A DNA stretch of 64,000 nt. It comes from Lingula anatina. Lineage: Eukaryota > Animalia > Brachiopoda. The translations under genes and the position numbers were made by a program. The DNA lies in assembly GCA_051362555.1 (NCBI GenBank), contig CM120640.1:30833967-30897966 (forward strand), in the 5' to 3' direction. Under the pieces are notes generated by a model. That model was not told the DNA's origin. It worked only from the letters and a program-made list of their open reading frames with translations, and did not search any database. Below, piece by piece: positions 22,331 to 37,300 of the stretch. How positions within the stretch are numbered: position 1 is the first letter of the stretch; every line of letters starts with the position of its first letter.

Positions 22331-25300
22331 AGTTGTCTGTGTCTAATAAAGTGTTTTTTGGGACAACATATTTGGGAAAACTGAAAATTACATTGAAAAG
22401 ACTGGCAAATCCCAGGCCTTAAAATAGTTAAACGATAATAATTTTGTCAAATCTTGTCCTATATTTCTGAAATTTGTACAAATGATGCTTAACAATAATA
22501 GAAATCTGTGATAAGCTGATCAGTTGTCTGTATTGAATGAAAAGCGTTTTTTAGGACAATATATTTAAGAAAACCAAAAATTACATTGAAAAGACTGGGA
22601 ATTCGCAGGACTTGAAATATTTAAACGTTAATAATTTTGTCTAATCTAGTCCAATATTTCTGAAATTTGTACAAATGATGCTTAACAACAATAAGAATCT
22701 GTGATAAGCTGATCAGTTGTCTGTTTCTAATGAAAAGTTTTTTTTAGGACAATATATTTGCGAAAACCAAAAATTACATTGAAATGACTGGGAAATCCCA
22801 GGCCTTTAAATAGTTAAACGTTAATAATTTCATCAAATTTTGTCCTATATTTCTGAAATTTGTACAAATGATGCTAAACAACAATAAAAATCTGTGATAA
22901 GCTGATCAGTTGTCTGTATCTAATGAAAAGTGTTTTTTGGGACAACATAATTGGGAAAACTGAAAATTACGCTGAAAAGACTGGGAATTTGCAAGACTTG
23001 AAATATTTAAACGTTAATAATTTTGTCTAATCTAGTCCAATATTTCTGAAATTTGTACAAATGATGCTTAACAACAATAAAAATCTGTGATAAGCTGATC
23101 AGTTGTCTGTGTCTAATGAAAAGTGTTTTTTGGGACAACATAGTTGGGAAAACTGAAAATTACATTGAAAAGCCTGGCATATCACAGGCCTTAAAATAGT
23201 TAAACGTTAATAATTTTGTCAAATCTTGTCGTATATTTCTGAAATTTGTACAAATGATGCTTAACAATAATAAAAATCTGTGATAAGCTGATCAGTTGGC
23301 TATATTGAATGAAAAGTGTTTTTTAGGACAATATATTTAAGAAAACCAAAAATTACATTAAAAAGACTGGGAATTCGCAGGACTTGAAATAGTAAAATGT
23401 TAATAATTTTGTCAAATCTAGTCCAATATTTATGAAATTTGTACAAATGATGCTTAACAATAATAAAAATCTGTGATAAGCTGATCAGTTGTCTGTGTCT
23501 ATTAAAGTGTTTTTTGGGACAACATATTTGCGAAAACCAAAAATTGCATTGAAAAGACGGGCAAATCCCAGGCCTTAAAATAGTTAAACGTTAATAATTT
23601 CGTCAAATTTTTCCCTATATTTCTGAAATTTGTACAAATGATGCTTAACAACAATAGAAATCTGTGATAAGCTGATCAGTTGTCTGTATTGAATGAAAAG
23701 TGTTTTTTAGGACAATATATTTAAGAAAACCAAAAATTACATTGAAAAGACTGGGAATTCGCAGGACTTGAAATATTTAAACGTTAATAATTTTGTCTAA
23801 TCAAGTCCAATATTTATGAAATTTGTACAAATGATGCTTAACAACAATAAAAATCTGTGATAAGCTGATCAGTTGTCTGTTTCTAATGAAAAGTTTTTTT
23901 TAGGACAATATATTTGCGAAAACCAAAAATTACATTGAAATGACTGGCAAATCCCAGGCCTTAAAATAGTTAAACGTTAATAATTTCATCAAATTTTGTC
24001 CTATATTTCTGAAATTTGTACAAATGATGCTTAACAATAATAAAAATCTGTGATAAGCTGATCAGTTATCTGAGTCTTTTTTTTAAAGTGTCAAGTGTAT
24101 GGGAAATTGATCATCAGAAGAGTGAGAATTAACCAAATCAAATATTACAATATTGCAATGTATTATTTACTGTGAAAGTAAACAGCAAATGTGATGATGT
24201 GAGGTTGTTTGTGTAAGAGGTTGCAAATTACCTATAACTGTCATCTGGAAAACAATATATACCCATACAAGAGTTCTCATTACTACCTCTGCAAGATGCA
24301 GATTACTCCTTTCTGGAAGGGGTTGTTGTTATCACAATACTCAACAAGGCCCTAAATCTTGCCAAATATCATGTATTGTACACATGGAGAAGACACATTG
24401 CTGCTCTTGGTGGTATCTTTCACTGCCTGCTTTTTCGGCTTTTTCATGGTGAGGGTTCCCTAAACGAAGAACAATATAACTGAAAGGACTGAAAATTACA
24501 TTTGAAAAGAATGACAAATTCAGTGACTTAATTAAAATAGTTAAACGTTAATAATTTTGTCTAATCTAGTCCAATATTTCTGAAATTTGTACAAATGATG
24601 CTTAACTACAATAAAAATCTGTGATAAGCTGATCAGTTGTCTGTGTGTAATGAAAAGTGTTTTTTGGGACAACTTATTTGGGAAAACTGAAAATTACATT
24701 GAAAAGACTGGCAAATCCCAGGCCTTAAAATAGTTAAACGTTAATAATTTTGTCAAATCTTGTCGTATATTTCTGAAATTTGTACAAATGATGCTTAACA
24801 ATAATAAAAATCTGTGATAAGCTGATCAGTTGGCTATATTGAATGAAAAGTGTTTTTTAGGACAATATATTTGCAAAAACCAAAAATTACATTAAAAAGA
24901 CTGGGAATTCGCAGGACTTGAAATAGTAAAATGTTAATAATTTTGTCAAATCTAGTCCAATATTTATGAAATTTGTACAAATGATGCTTAACAATAATAA
25001 AAATCTGTGATAAGCTGATCAGTTGTCTGTGTCTAATAAAGTGTTTTTTGGGACAACATATTTGGGAAAACTGAAAATTACATTGAAAAGACTGGCAAAT
25101 CCCAGGCCTTAAAATAGTTAAACGTTAATAATTTCGTCAAATTTTTTCCTATATTTCTGAAATTTGTACAAATGATGCTTAACAATAATAGAAATCTGTG
25201 ATAAGCTGATCAGTTGTCTGTATTGAATGAAAAGTGTTTTTTAGGACAATATATTTAAGAAAACCAAAAATTACATTGAAAAGACTGGGAATTTGCAGGA

Positions 25301-28300
25301 CTTGAAATATTTAAACGTTAATAATTTTGTCTAATCTTGTCCAGTATTTCTGAAATTTGTACAAATGATGCTTAACAACAATAAGAATCTGTGATAAGCT
25401 GATCAGTTGTCTGTTTCTAATGAAAAGTTTTTTTAGGACAATATATTTGCGAAAACCAAAAATTACATTGAAATGACTGGCAAATCCCAGGCCTTAAAAT
25501 AGTTAAACGTTAATAATTTCATCAAATTTTTTCCTATATTTCTGAAATTTGTACAAATGATGCTAAACAACAATAGAAATCTGTGATAAGCTGATCAGTT
25601 GTCTGTATCTAATGAAAAGTGTTTTTTGGGACAACATATTTGGGAAAACTGAAAATTACGCTGAAAAGACTGGGAATTTGCAAGACTTGAAATATTTAAA
25701 CGTTAATAATTTTGTCTAATCTAGTCCAATATTTCTGAAATTTGTACAAATGATGCTTAACAACAATAAAAATCTGTGATAAGCTGATCAGTTGTCTGTG
25801 TCTAATGAAAAGTGTTTTTTGGGACAACATAGTTGGGAAAACTGAAAATTACATTGAAAAGCCTGGCATATCCCAGGCCTTAAAATAGTTAAACGTTAAT
25901 AATTTTGTCAAATCTTGTCGTATATTTCTGAAATTTGTACAAATGATGCTTAACAATAATAAAAATCTGTGATAAGCTGATCAGTTATCTGAGTCTTTTT
26001 TTTAAAGTGTCAAGTGTATGGGAAATTGATCATCAGAAGAGTGAGAATTAACCAAAACAAATATTACAATATTGCAATGTATTATTTACTGTGAAAGTAA
26101 ACAGCAAATGTGATGATTTGAGGTTGTTTGTGTAAGAGGTTGCAAATTACCTATAACTGTCATCTGGAAAACAATATATACCCATACAAGAGTTCTCATT
26201 ACTACCTCTGCAAGATGCAGATTACTCCTTTCTGGAAGGGGTTGTTGTTATCACAATACTCAACAAGGCCCTAAATCTTGCCAAATATCATGTATTGTAC
26301 ACATGGAGAAGACACATTGCTGCTCTTGGTGGTATCTTTCACTGCCTGCTTTTCCAGCTTTTTCATGGTGAGGGTACTCTAAACGAAGAACAATATAACT
26401 GAAAGGACTGAAAATTACATTTGAAAAGAATGACAAATTCAGTGACTTAATTAAAATAGTTAAACGTTAATAATTTTGTCTAATCTAGTCCAATATTTCT
26501 GAAATTTGTACAAATGATGCTTAACTACAATAAAAATCTGTGATAAGCTGATCAGTTGTCTGTGTGTAATGAAAAGTGTTTTTTGGGACAACTTATTTGG
26601 GAAAACTGAAAATTACATTGAAAAGACTGGCAAATCCCAGGCCTTAAAATAGTTAAACGTTATTAATTTTGTCAAATTTTGTCCTATATTTCTGAAATTT
26701 CTACAAATGATGCTTAACAATAATAGAAATCTGTGATAAGCTGATCAGTTGGCTATATTGAATGAAAAGTGTTTTTTAGGACAATATATTTGCAAAAACC
26801 AAAAATTACATTAAAAAGACTGGGAATTCGCAGGATTTGAAATAGTTAAATGTTAATAATTTTGTCAAATCTAGTCCAATATTTATGAAATTTGTACAAA
26901 TGATGCTTAACAATAATAAAAATCTGTGATAAGCTGATCAGTTGTCTGTGTCTAATAAAGTGTTTTTTGGGACAACATATTTGGGAAAACTGAAAATTAC
27001 ATTGAAAAGACTGGCAAATCCCAGGCCTTAAAATAGTTAAACGATAATAATTTTGTCAAATCTTGTCCAATATTTCTGAAATTTGTACAAAAGATGCTTA
27101 ACAACAATAAAAATCTGTGATAAGCTGATCAGTTGTCTGTATTGAATGAAAAGTGTTTTTTAGGACAATATATTTGCGAAAACCAAAAATTGCATTGAAA
27201 AGACGGGCAAATCCCAGGCCTTAAAATAGTTAAACGTTAATAATTTCGTCAAATTTTTCCCTATATTTCTGAAATTTGTACAAATGATGCTTAACAACAA
27301 TAGAAATCTGTGATAAGCTGATCAGTTGTCTGTATTGAATGAAAAGTGTTTTTTAGGACAATATATTTAAGAAAACCAAAAATTACATTGAAAAGACTGG
27401 GAATTCACAGGACTTGAAATATTTAAACGTTAATAATTTTGTCTAATCAAGTCCAATATTTATGAAATTTGTACAAATGATGCTTAACAATAATAAAAAT
27501 CTGTGATAAGCTGATCAGTTGTCTGTATCTAATGAAAAGTGTTTTTTAGGACAATATATTTGCGAAAACCAAAAATTGCATTGAAAAGACGGGCAAATCC
27601 CAGGCCTTAAAATAGTTAAACGTTAATAATTTCGTCAAATTTTTCCCTATATTTCTGAAATTTGTACAAATGATGCTTAACAACAATAGAAATCTGTGAT
27701 AAGCTGATCAGTTGTCTGTATTGAATGAAAAGTGTTTTTTAGGACAATATATTTAAGAAAACCAAAAATTACATTGAAAAGACTGGGAATTCGCAGGACT
27801 TGAAATATTTAAACGTTAATAATTTTGTCTAATCAAGTCCAATATTTATGAAATTTGTACAAATGATGCTTAACAACAATAAAAATCTGTGATAAGCTGA
27901 TCAGTTGTCTGTTTCTAATGAAAAGTTTTTTTTAGGACAATATATTTGCGAAAACCAAAAATTACATTGAAATGACTGGCAAATCCCAGGCCTTAAAATA
28001 GTTAAACGTTAATAATTTCATCAAATTTTGTCCTATATTTCTGAAATTTGTACAAATGATGCTTAACAATAATAAAAATCTGTGATAAGCTGATCAGTTA
28101 TCTGAGTCTTTTTTTTAAAGTGTCAAGTGTATGGGAAATTGATCATCAGAAGAGTGAGAATTAACCAAATCAAATATTACAATATTGCAATGTATTATTT
28201 ACTGTGAAAGTAAACAGCAAATGTGATGATGTGAGGTTGTTTGTGTAAGAGGTTGCAAATTACCTATAACTGTCATCTGGAAAACAATATATACCCATAC

Positions 28301-31300
28301 AAGAGTTCTCATTACTACCTCTGCAAGATGCAGATTACTCCTTTCTGGAAGGGGTTGTTGTTATCACAATACTCAACAAGGCCCTAAATCTTGCCAAATA
28401 TCATGTATTGTACACATGGAGAAGACACATTGCTGCTCTTGGTGGTATCTTTCACTGCCTACTTTTTCGGCTTTTTCATGGTGAGGGTTCCCTAAACGAA
28501 GAACAATATAACTGAAAGGACTGAAAATTACATTTGAAAAGAATGACAAATTCAGTGACTTAATTAAAATAGTTAAACGTTAATAATTTTGTCTAATCTA
28601 GTCCAATATTTCTGAAATTTGTACAAATGATGCTTAACTACAATAAAAATCTGTGATAAGCTGATCAGTTGTCTGTGTGTAATGAAAAGTGTTTTTTGGG
28701 ACAACTTATTTGGGAAAACTGAAAATTACATTGAAAAGACTGGCAAATCCCAGACCTTAAAATAGTTAAACGTTATTAATTTTGTCAAATTTTGTCCTAT
28801 ATTTCTGAAATTTGTACAAATGATGCTTAACAATAATAGAAATCTGTGATAAGCTGATCAGTTGGCTATATTGAATGAAAAGTGTTTTTTAGGACAATAT
28901 ATTTGCAAAAACCAAAAATTACATTAAAAAGACTGGGAATTCGCAGGATTTGAAATAGTTAAATGTTAATAATTTTGTCAAATCTAGTCCAATATTTATG
29001 AAATTTGTACAAATGATGCTTAACAATAATAAAAATCTGTGATAAGCTGATCAGTTGTCTGTGTCTAATAAAGTGTTTTTTGGGACAACACATTTGGGAA
29101 AACTGAAAATTACATTGAAAAGACTGGCAAATCCCAGGCCTTAAAATAGTTAAACGATAATAATTTTGTCAAATCTTGTCCTATATTTCTGAAATTTGTA
29201 CAAAAGATGCTTAACAACAATAAAAATCTGTGATAAGCTGATCAGTTGTCTGTATTGAATGAAAAGTGTTTTTTAGGACAATATATTTGCGAAAACCAAA
29301 AATTGCATTGAAAAGACGGGCAAATCCCAGGCCTTAAAATAGTTAAACGTTAATAATTTCGTCAAATTTTTCCCTATATTTCTGAAATTTGTACAAATGA
29401 TGCTTAACAACAATAGAAATCTGTGATAAGCTGATCAGTTGTCTGTATTGAATGAAAAGTGTTTTTTAGGACAATATATTTAAGAAAACCAAAAATTACA
29501 TTGAAAAGACTGGGAATTCACAGGACTTGAAATATTTAAACGTTAATAATTTTGTCTAATCAAGTCCAATATTTATGAAATTTGTACAAATGATGCTTAA
29601 CAACAATAAAAATCTGTGATAAGCTGATCAGTTATCTGTATCTAATGAAAAGTGTTTTTTAGGACAATATATTTACGAAAACCAAAAATTGCATTGAAAA
29701 GACGGGCAAATCCCAGGCCTTAAAATAGTTAAACGTTAATAATTTCGTCAAATTTTTCCCTATATTTCTGAAATTTGTACAAATGATGCTTAACAATAAT
29801 AGAAATCTGTGATAAGCTGATCAGTTGTCTGTATTGAATGAAAAGTGTTTTTTAGGACAATATATTTAAGAAAACCAAAAATTACATTGAAAAGACTGGG
29901 AATTCACAGGACTTGAAATATTTAAACGTTAATAATTTTGTCTAATCAAGTCCAATATTTATGAAATTTGTACAAATGATGCTTAACAACAATAAAAATC
30001 TGTGATAAGCTGATCAGTTATCTGTATCTAATGAAAAGTGTTTTTTAGGACAATATATTTACGAAAACCAAAAATTGCATTGAAAAGACGGGCAAATCCC
30101 AGGCCTTAAAATAGTTAAACGTTAATAATTTCGTCAAATTTTTCCCTATATTTCTGAAATTTGTACAAATGATGCTTAACAACAATAGAAATCTGTGATA
30201 AGCTGATCAGTTGTCTGTATTGAATGAAAAGTGTTTTTTAGGACAATATATTTGCGAAAACCAAAAATTGCATTGAAAAGACGGGCAAATCCCAGGCCTT
30301 AAAATAGTTAAACGTTAATAATTTCGTCAAATTTTTCCCTATATTTCTGAAATTTGTACAAATGATGCTTAACAACAATAGAAATCTGTGATAAGCTGAT
30401 CAGTTGTCTGTATTGAATGAAAAGTGTTTTTTAGGACAATATATGTAAGAAAACCAAAAATTACATTGAAAAGACTGGGAATTCACAGGACTTGAAATAT
30501 TTAAACGTTAATAATTTTGTCTAATCAAGTCCAATATTTATGAAATTTGTACAAATGATGCTTAACAATAATAAAAATCTGTGATAAGCTGATCAGTTGT
30601 CTGTATCTAATGAAAAGTGTTTTTTAGGACAATATATTTGCGAAAACCAAAAATTGCATTGAAAAGACGGGCAAATCCCAGGCCTTAAAATAGTTAAACG
30701 TTAATAATTTCGTCAAATTTTTCCCTATATTTCTGAAATTTGTACAAATGATGCTTAACAACAATAGAAATCTGTGATAAGCTGATCAGTTGTCTGTATT
30801 GAATGAAAAGTGTTTTTTAGGACAATATATTTAAGAAAACCAAAAATTACATTGAAAAGACTGGGAATTCGCAGGACTTGAAATATTTAAACGTTAATAA
30901 TTTTGTCTAATCATGTCCAATATTTATGAAATTTGTACAAATGATGCTTAACAACAATAAAAATCTGTGATAAGCTGATCAGTTGTCTGTTTCTAATGAA
31001 AAGTTTTTTTTAGGACAATATATTTGCGAAAACCAAAAATTACATTGAAATGACTGGCAAATCCCAGGCCTTAAAATAGTTAAACGTTAATAATTTCATC
31101 AAATTTTGTCCTATATTTCTGAAATTTGTACAAATGATGCTTAACAATAATAAAAATCTGTGATAAGCTGATCAGTTATCTGAGTCTTTTTTTTAAAGTG
31201 TCAAGTGTATGGGAAATTGATCATCAGAAGAGTGAGAATTAACCAAATCAAATATTACAATATTGCAATGTATTATTTACTGTGAAAGTAAACAGCAAAT

Positions 31301-34300
31301 GTGATGATGTGAGGTTGTTTGTGTAAGAGGTTGCAAATTACCTATAACTGTCATCTGGAAAACAATATATACCCATACAAGAGTTCTCATTACTACCTCT
31401 GCAAGATGCAGATTACTCCTTTCTGGAAGGGGTTGTTGTTATCACAATACTCAACAAGGCCCTAAATCTTGCCAAATATCATGTATTGTACACATGGAGA
31501 AGACACATTGCTGCTCTTGGTGGTATCTTTCACTGCCTGCTTTTTCGGCTTTTTCATGGTGAGGGTTCCCTAAACGAAGAACAATATAACTGAAAGGACT
31601 GAAAATTACATTTGAAAAGAATGACAAATTCAGTGACTTAATTAAAATAGTTAAACGTTAATAATTTTGTCTAATCTAGTCCAATATTTCTGAAATTTGT
31701 ACAAATGATGCTTAACTACAATAAAAATCTGTGATAAGCTGATCAGTTGTCTGTGTGTAATGAAAAGTGATTTTTGGGACAACTTATTTGGGAAAACTGA
31801 AAATTACTTTGAAAAGACTGGCAAATCCCAGGCCTTAAAATAGTTAAACGTTATTAATTTTGTCAAATTTTGTCCTATATTTCTGAAATTTGTACAAATG
31901 ATGCTTAACAATAATAGAAATCTGTGATAAGCTGATCAGTTGGCTATATTGAATGAAAAGTGTTTTTTAGGACAATATATTTGCAAAAACCAAAAATTAC
32001 ATTAAAAAGACTGGGAATTCGCAGGACTTGAAATAGTTAAATGTTAATAATTTTGTCAAATCTAGTCCAATATTTATGAAATTTGTACAAATGATGCTTA
32101 ACAATAATAAAAATCTGTGATAAGCTGATCAGTTGTCTGTATCTAATAAAGTGTTTTTTGGGACAACATATTTGGGAAAACTGAAAATTACATTGAAAAG
32201 ACTGGCAAATCCCAGGCCTTAAAATAGTTAAACGATAATAATTTTGTCAAATCTTGTCCTATATTTCTGAAATTTGTACAAATGATGCTTAACAACAATA
32301 AAAATCTGTGATAAGCTGATCAGTTGTCTGTATTGAATGAAAAGTGTTTTTTAGGACAATATATTTGCGAAAACCAAAAATTGCATTGAAAAGATGGTCA
32401 AATCCCAGGCCTTAAAATAGTTAAATGTTAATAATTTCGTCAAATTTTTTCCTATATTTCTGAAATTTGTACAAATGATGCTTAACAACAATAGAAATCT
32501 GTGATAAGCTGATCAGTTGTCTGTATTGAATGAAAAGTGTTTTTTAGGACAATATATTTAAGAAAACCAAAAATTACATTGAAAAGACTGGGAATTCGCA
32601 GGACTTGAAATATTTAAACGTTAATAATTTTGTCTAATCTAGTCCAATATTTCTGAAATTTGTACAAATGATGCTTAACAACAATAAGAATCTGTGATAA
32701 GCTGATCAGTTGTCTGTTTCTAATGAAAAGTTTTTTTTAGGACAATATATTTGCGAAAACCAAAAATTACATTGAAATGACTGGCAAATCCCAGGCCTTA
32801 AAATAGTTAAACGTTAATAATTTCATCAAATTTTGTCCTATATTTCTGAAATTTGTACAAATGATGCTAAACAACAATAGAAATCTGTGATAAGCTGATC
32901 AGTTGTCTGTATTTAATGAAAAGTGTTTTTTGGGACAACATATTTGGGAAAACTGAAAATTACGCTGAAAATACTGGGAATTTGCAGGACTTGAAATATT
33001 TAAACGTTAATAATTTTGTCTAATCTAGTCCAATATTTCTGAAATTTGTACAAATGATGCTTAACAACAATAAACATCTGTGATAAGCTGATCAGTTGTC
33101 TGTGTCTATTGAAAAGTGTTTTTTGGGACAACATAGTTGGGAAAACTGAAAATTACATTGAAAAGCCTGGCATATCCCAGGCCTTAAAATAGTTAAACGT
33201 TAATAATTTTGTCAAATCTTGTCGTATATTTATGAAATTTGTACAAATGATGCTTAACAATAATAAAAATCTGTGATAAGCTGATCAGTTATCTGAGTCT
33301 TTTTTTTTTTAAGTGTCAAGTGTATGGAAATTGATCATCAGAAGAGTGAGAATTAACCAAAACAAATATTACAATATTGCAATGTATTATTTACTGTGAA
33401 AGTAAACAGCAAATGTGATGATTTGAGGTTGTTTGTGTAAGAGGTTGCAAATTACCTATAACTGTCATCTGGAAAACAATATATACCCATACAAGAGTTT
33501 TCATTACTATCTCTGCAAGATGCAGATTACTCCTTTCTGGAAGGGGTTGTTGTTATCACAATACTCAACAAGGCCTTAAATCTTGCCAAATATCATGTAT
33601 TGTACACATGGAGAAGACAAAGTGCTGCTCTTGGTGGTATCTTTCACTGCCTGCTTTTTCAGCTTTTTCATGGTGAGGGTACTCTGAAACAAGAACAATA
33701 TAACTGAAAGGACTGAAAATTACATTTGAAAAGAATGACAAATTCGGTGACTTAATTAAAATAGTTAAATGTTAATAATTTCGTCAAATTTTGTCCTATA
33801 TTTCTGAAATTTGTACAAATGATGCTTAACAACAATAGAAATATGTGATAAGCTGATCAGTTGTCTGTATTGAATGAAAAGTGTTTTTTAGGACAATATA
33901 TTTGCGAAAACCAAAAATTACATTGAAAAGACTGGGAATTCGCAGGACTTGAAATAGTTAAACGTTAATAATTTTGTCTAAACTAGTCCAATATTTATGA
34001 AATTTGTACAAATGATGCTTAACAACAATAAAAATCTGTGATAAGCTGATCAGTTGTCTGTGTCTAATGAAAAGTGTTTTTTGGGACAACATAGTTGGGA
34101 AAACTGAAAATTACATTGAAAAGACTGGCAAAACCCAGACCTTAAAATAGTTAAACATTAATAATTTTGTCAAATCTGGTCCAATATTTATGAAATTTGT
34201 ACAAATGATGCTTAACAACAATAGAAATCTGTGATAAGCTGATCAGTTATCTGAGTCTTTTTTTTTTAAGTGTCAAGTGTATGGGAAATTGATTATCAGA

Positions 34301-37300
34301 AGAGTGAGAATTAACCAAAACAAATATTTCAATATTGCAATGTATTATTTACTCTGAAAGTAAACAGCAAATGTGATGATTTGAGGTTGTTTGTGTAAGA
34401 GGTTGCAAATTTCCTATAACTGTCAGCTGGAAAACAATATATACCCATACAAGAGTTCTCATTACTACCTCTGCAAGATGCAGATTAGCCCTTTCCGGAA
34501 GGGGTTGTTGTTATCACAATACTCAACAAGGCCCTAAATTTTGCCAAATATCATGTATTGTACACATGGAGAAGACACAGTGCTGCTCTTGGTGGTATCT
34601 TTCACTGCCTGCTTTTTCAGCTTTTTCATGGTGAGGGTACTCTGAAACAAGAACAATATAACTGAAAGGACTGAAAATTACATTTGAAAAGAATGACAAA
34701 TTCAGTGACTCAATTAAAATAGTTAAACGTTAATAATTTTGTCTGATCTAGTCCAATATTTCTGAAATTTGTACAAATGATGCTTAACAAAAATAAAAAT
34801 CTGTGATAAGCTGACCAGTTGTTTGTATTCAATGAAAAGTTTTTTTTAGGACAAGATATTTGCGTAAACCAAAAATTACATTGAAAAGACTGGCAAATCC
34901 CAGGCCTTAAAATAGTTAAACGTTAATAATTTCGTCAAATTTTGTCCTATATTTCTGAAATTTGTACAAATGATGCTTAACAACAATAGAAATATGTGAT
35001 AAGCTGATCAGTTGTCTGTATTGAATGAAAAGTGTTTTTTAGGACAATATATTTGCGAAAGCCAAAAATTACATTGAAAAGACTGGGAATTCGCAGGACT
35101 TGAAATAGTTAAACGTTAATAATTTTGTCTAAACTAGTCCAATATTTCTGAAATTTGTACAAATGATGCTTAACAACAATAAAAATCTGTGATAAGCTGA
35201 TCAGTTGTCTGTGTCTAATGAAAAGTGTTTTTTGGGACAACATAGTTGGGAAAACTGAAAATTACGCTGAAAATACTGGGAATTTGCAGGACTTGAAATA
35301 TTTAAACGTTAATAATTTTGTCTAATCTAGTCCAATATTTCTGAAATTTGTACAAATGATGCTTAACAACAATAAACATCTGTGATAAGCTGATCAGTTG
35401 TCTGTGTCTATTGAAAAGTGTTTTTTGGGACAACATAGTTGGGAAAACTGAAAATTACATTGAAAAGCCTGGCATATCCCAGGACTTAAAATAGTTAAAC
35501 GTTAATAATTTTGTCAAATCTTGTCGTATATTTCTGAAATTTGTACAAATGATGCTTAACAACAATAGAAATATGTGATAAGCTGATCAGTTGTCTGTAT
35601 TGAATGAAAAGTGTTTTTTAGGACAATATATTTGCGAAAGCCAAAAATTACATTGAAAAGACTGGGAATTCGCAGGACTTGAAATAGTTAAACGTTAATA
35701 ATTTTGTCTAAACTAGTCCAATATTTCTGAAATTTGTACAAATGATGCTTAACAACAATAAAAATCTGTGATAAGCTGATCAGTTGTCTGTGTCTAATGA
35801 AAAGTGTTTTTTGGGACAACATAGTTGAGAAAACTGAAAATTACATTGAAAAGACTGGCAAAACCCAGACCTTAAAATAGTTAAACATTAATAATTTTGT
35901 CAAATCTGGTCCAATATTTCTGAAATTTGTACAAATGATGCTTAACAATAATAAAAATCTGTGATAAGCTGATCAGTTATCTGAGTCTTTTTTTTAAAGT
36001 GTCAAGTGTATGGGAAATTGATCATCAGAAGAGTGAGAATTAACCAAATCAAATATTACAATATTGCAATGTATTATTTACTGTGAAAGTAAACAGCAAA
36101 TGTGATGATGTGAGGTTGTTTGTGTAAGAGGTTGCAAATTACCTATAACTGTCATCTGGAAAACAATATATACCCATACAAGAGTTCTCATTACTACCTC
36201 TGCAAGATGCAGATTACTCCTTTCTGGAAGGGGTTGTTGTTATCACAATACTCAACAAGGCCCTAAATCTTGCCAAATATCATGTATTGTACACATGGAG
36301 AAGACACATTGCTGCTCTTGGTGGTATCTTTCACTGCCTGCTTTTTCAGCTTTTTCATGGTGAGGGTTCCCTAAACGAAGAACAATATAACTGAAAGGAC
36401 TGAAAATTACATTTGAAAAGAATGACAAATTCAGTGACTTAATTAAAATAGTTAAACGTTAATAATTTTGTCTAATCTAGTCCAATATTTCTGAAATTTG
36501 TACAAATGATGCTTAACTACAATAAAAATCTGTGATAAGCTGATCAGTTGTCTGTGTGTAATGAAAAGTGATTTTTGGGACAACTTATTTGGGAAAACTG
36601 AAAATTACATTGAAAAGACTGGCAAATCCCAGGCCTTAAAATAGTTAAACGTTATTAATTTTGTCAAATTTTGTCCTATATTTCTGAAATTTGTACAAAT
36701 GATGCTTAACAATAATAGAAATCTGTGATAAGCTGATCAGTTGGCTATATTGAATGAAAAGTGTTTTTTAGGACAATATATTTGCAAAAACCAAAAATTA
36801 CATTAAAAAGACTGGGAATTCGCAGGACTTGAAATAGTTAAATGTTAATAATTTTGTCAAATCTAGTCCAATATTTATGAAATTTGTACAAATGATGCTT
36901 AACAATAATAAAAATCTGTGATAAGCTGATCAGTTGTCTGTATCTAATAAAGTGTTTTTTGGGACAACATATTTGGGAAAACTGAAAATTACATTGAAAA
37001 GACTGGCAAATCCCAGGCCTTAAAATAGTTAAACGATAATAATTTTGTCAAATCTTGTCCTATATTTCTGAAATTTGTACAAATGATGCTTAACAACAAT
37101 AAAAATCTGTGATAAGCTGATCAGTTGTTTGTATTGAATGAAAAGTGTATTTTAGGACAATATATTTGCGAAAACCAAAAATTGCATTGAAAAGATGGGC
37201 AAATCCCAGGCCTTAAAATAGTTAAATGTTAATAATTTCGTCAAATTTTTTCCTATATTTCTGAAATTTGTACAAATGATGCTTAACAACAATAGAAATC

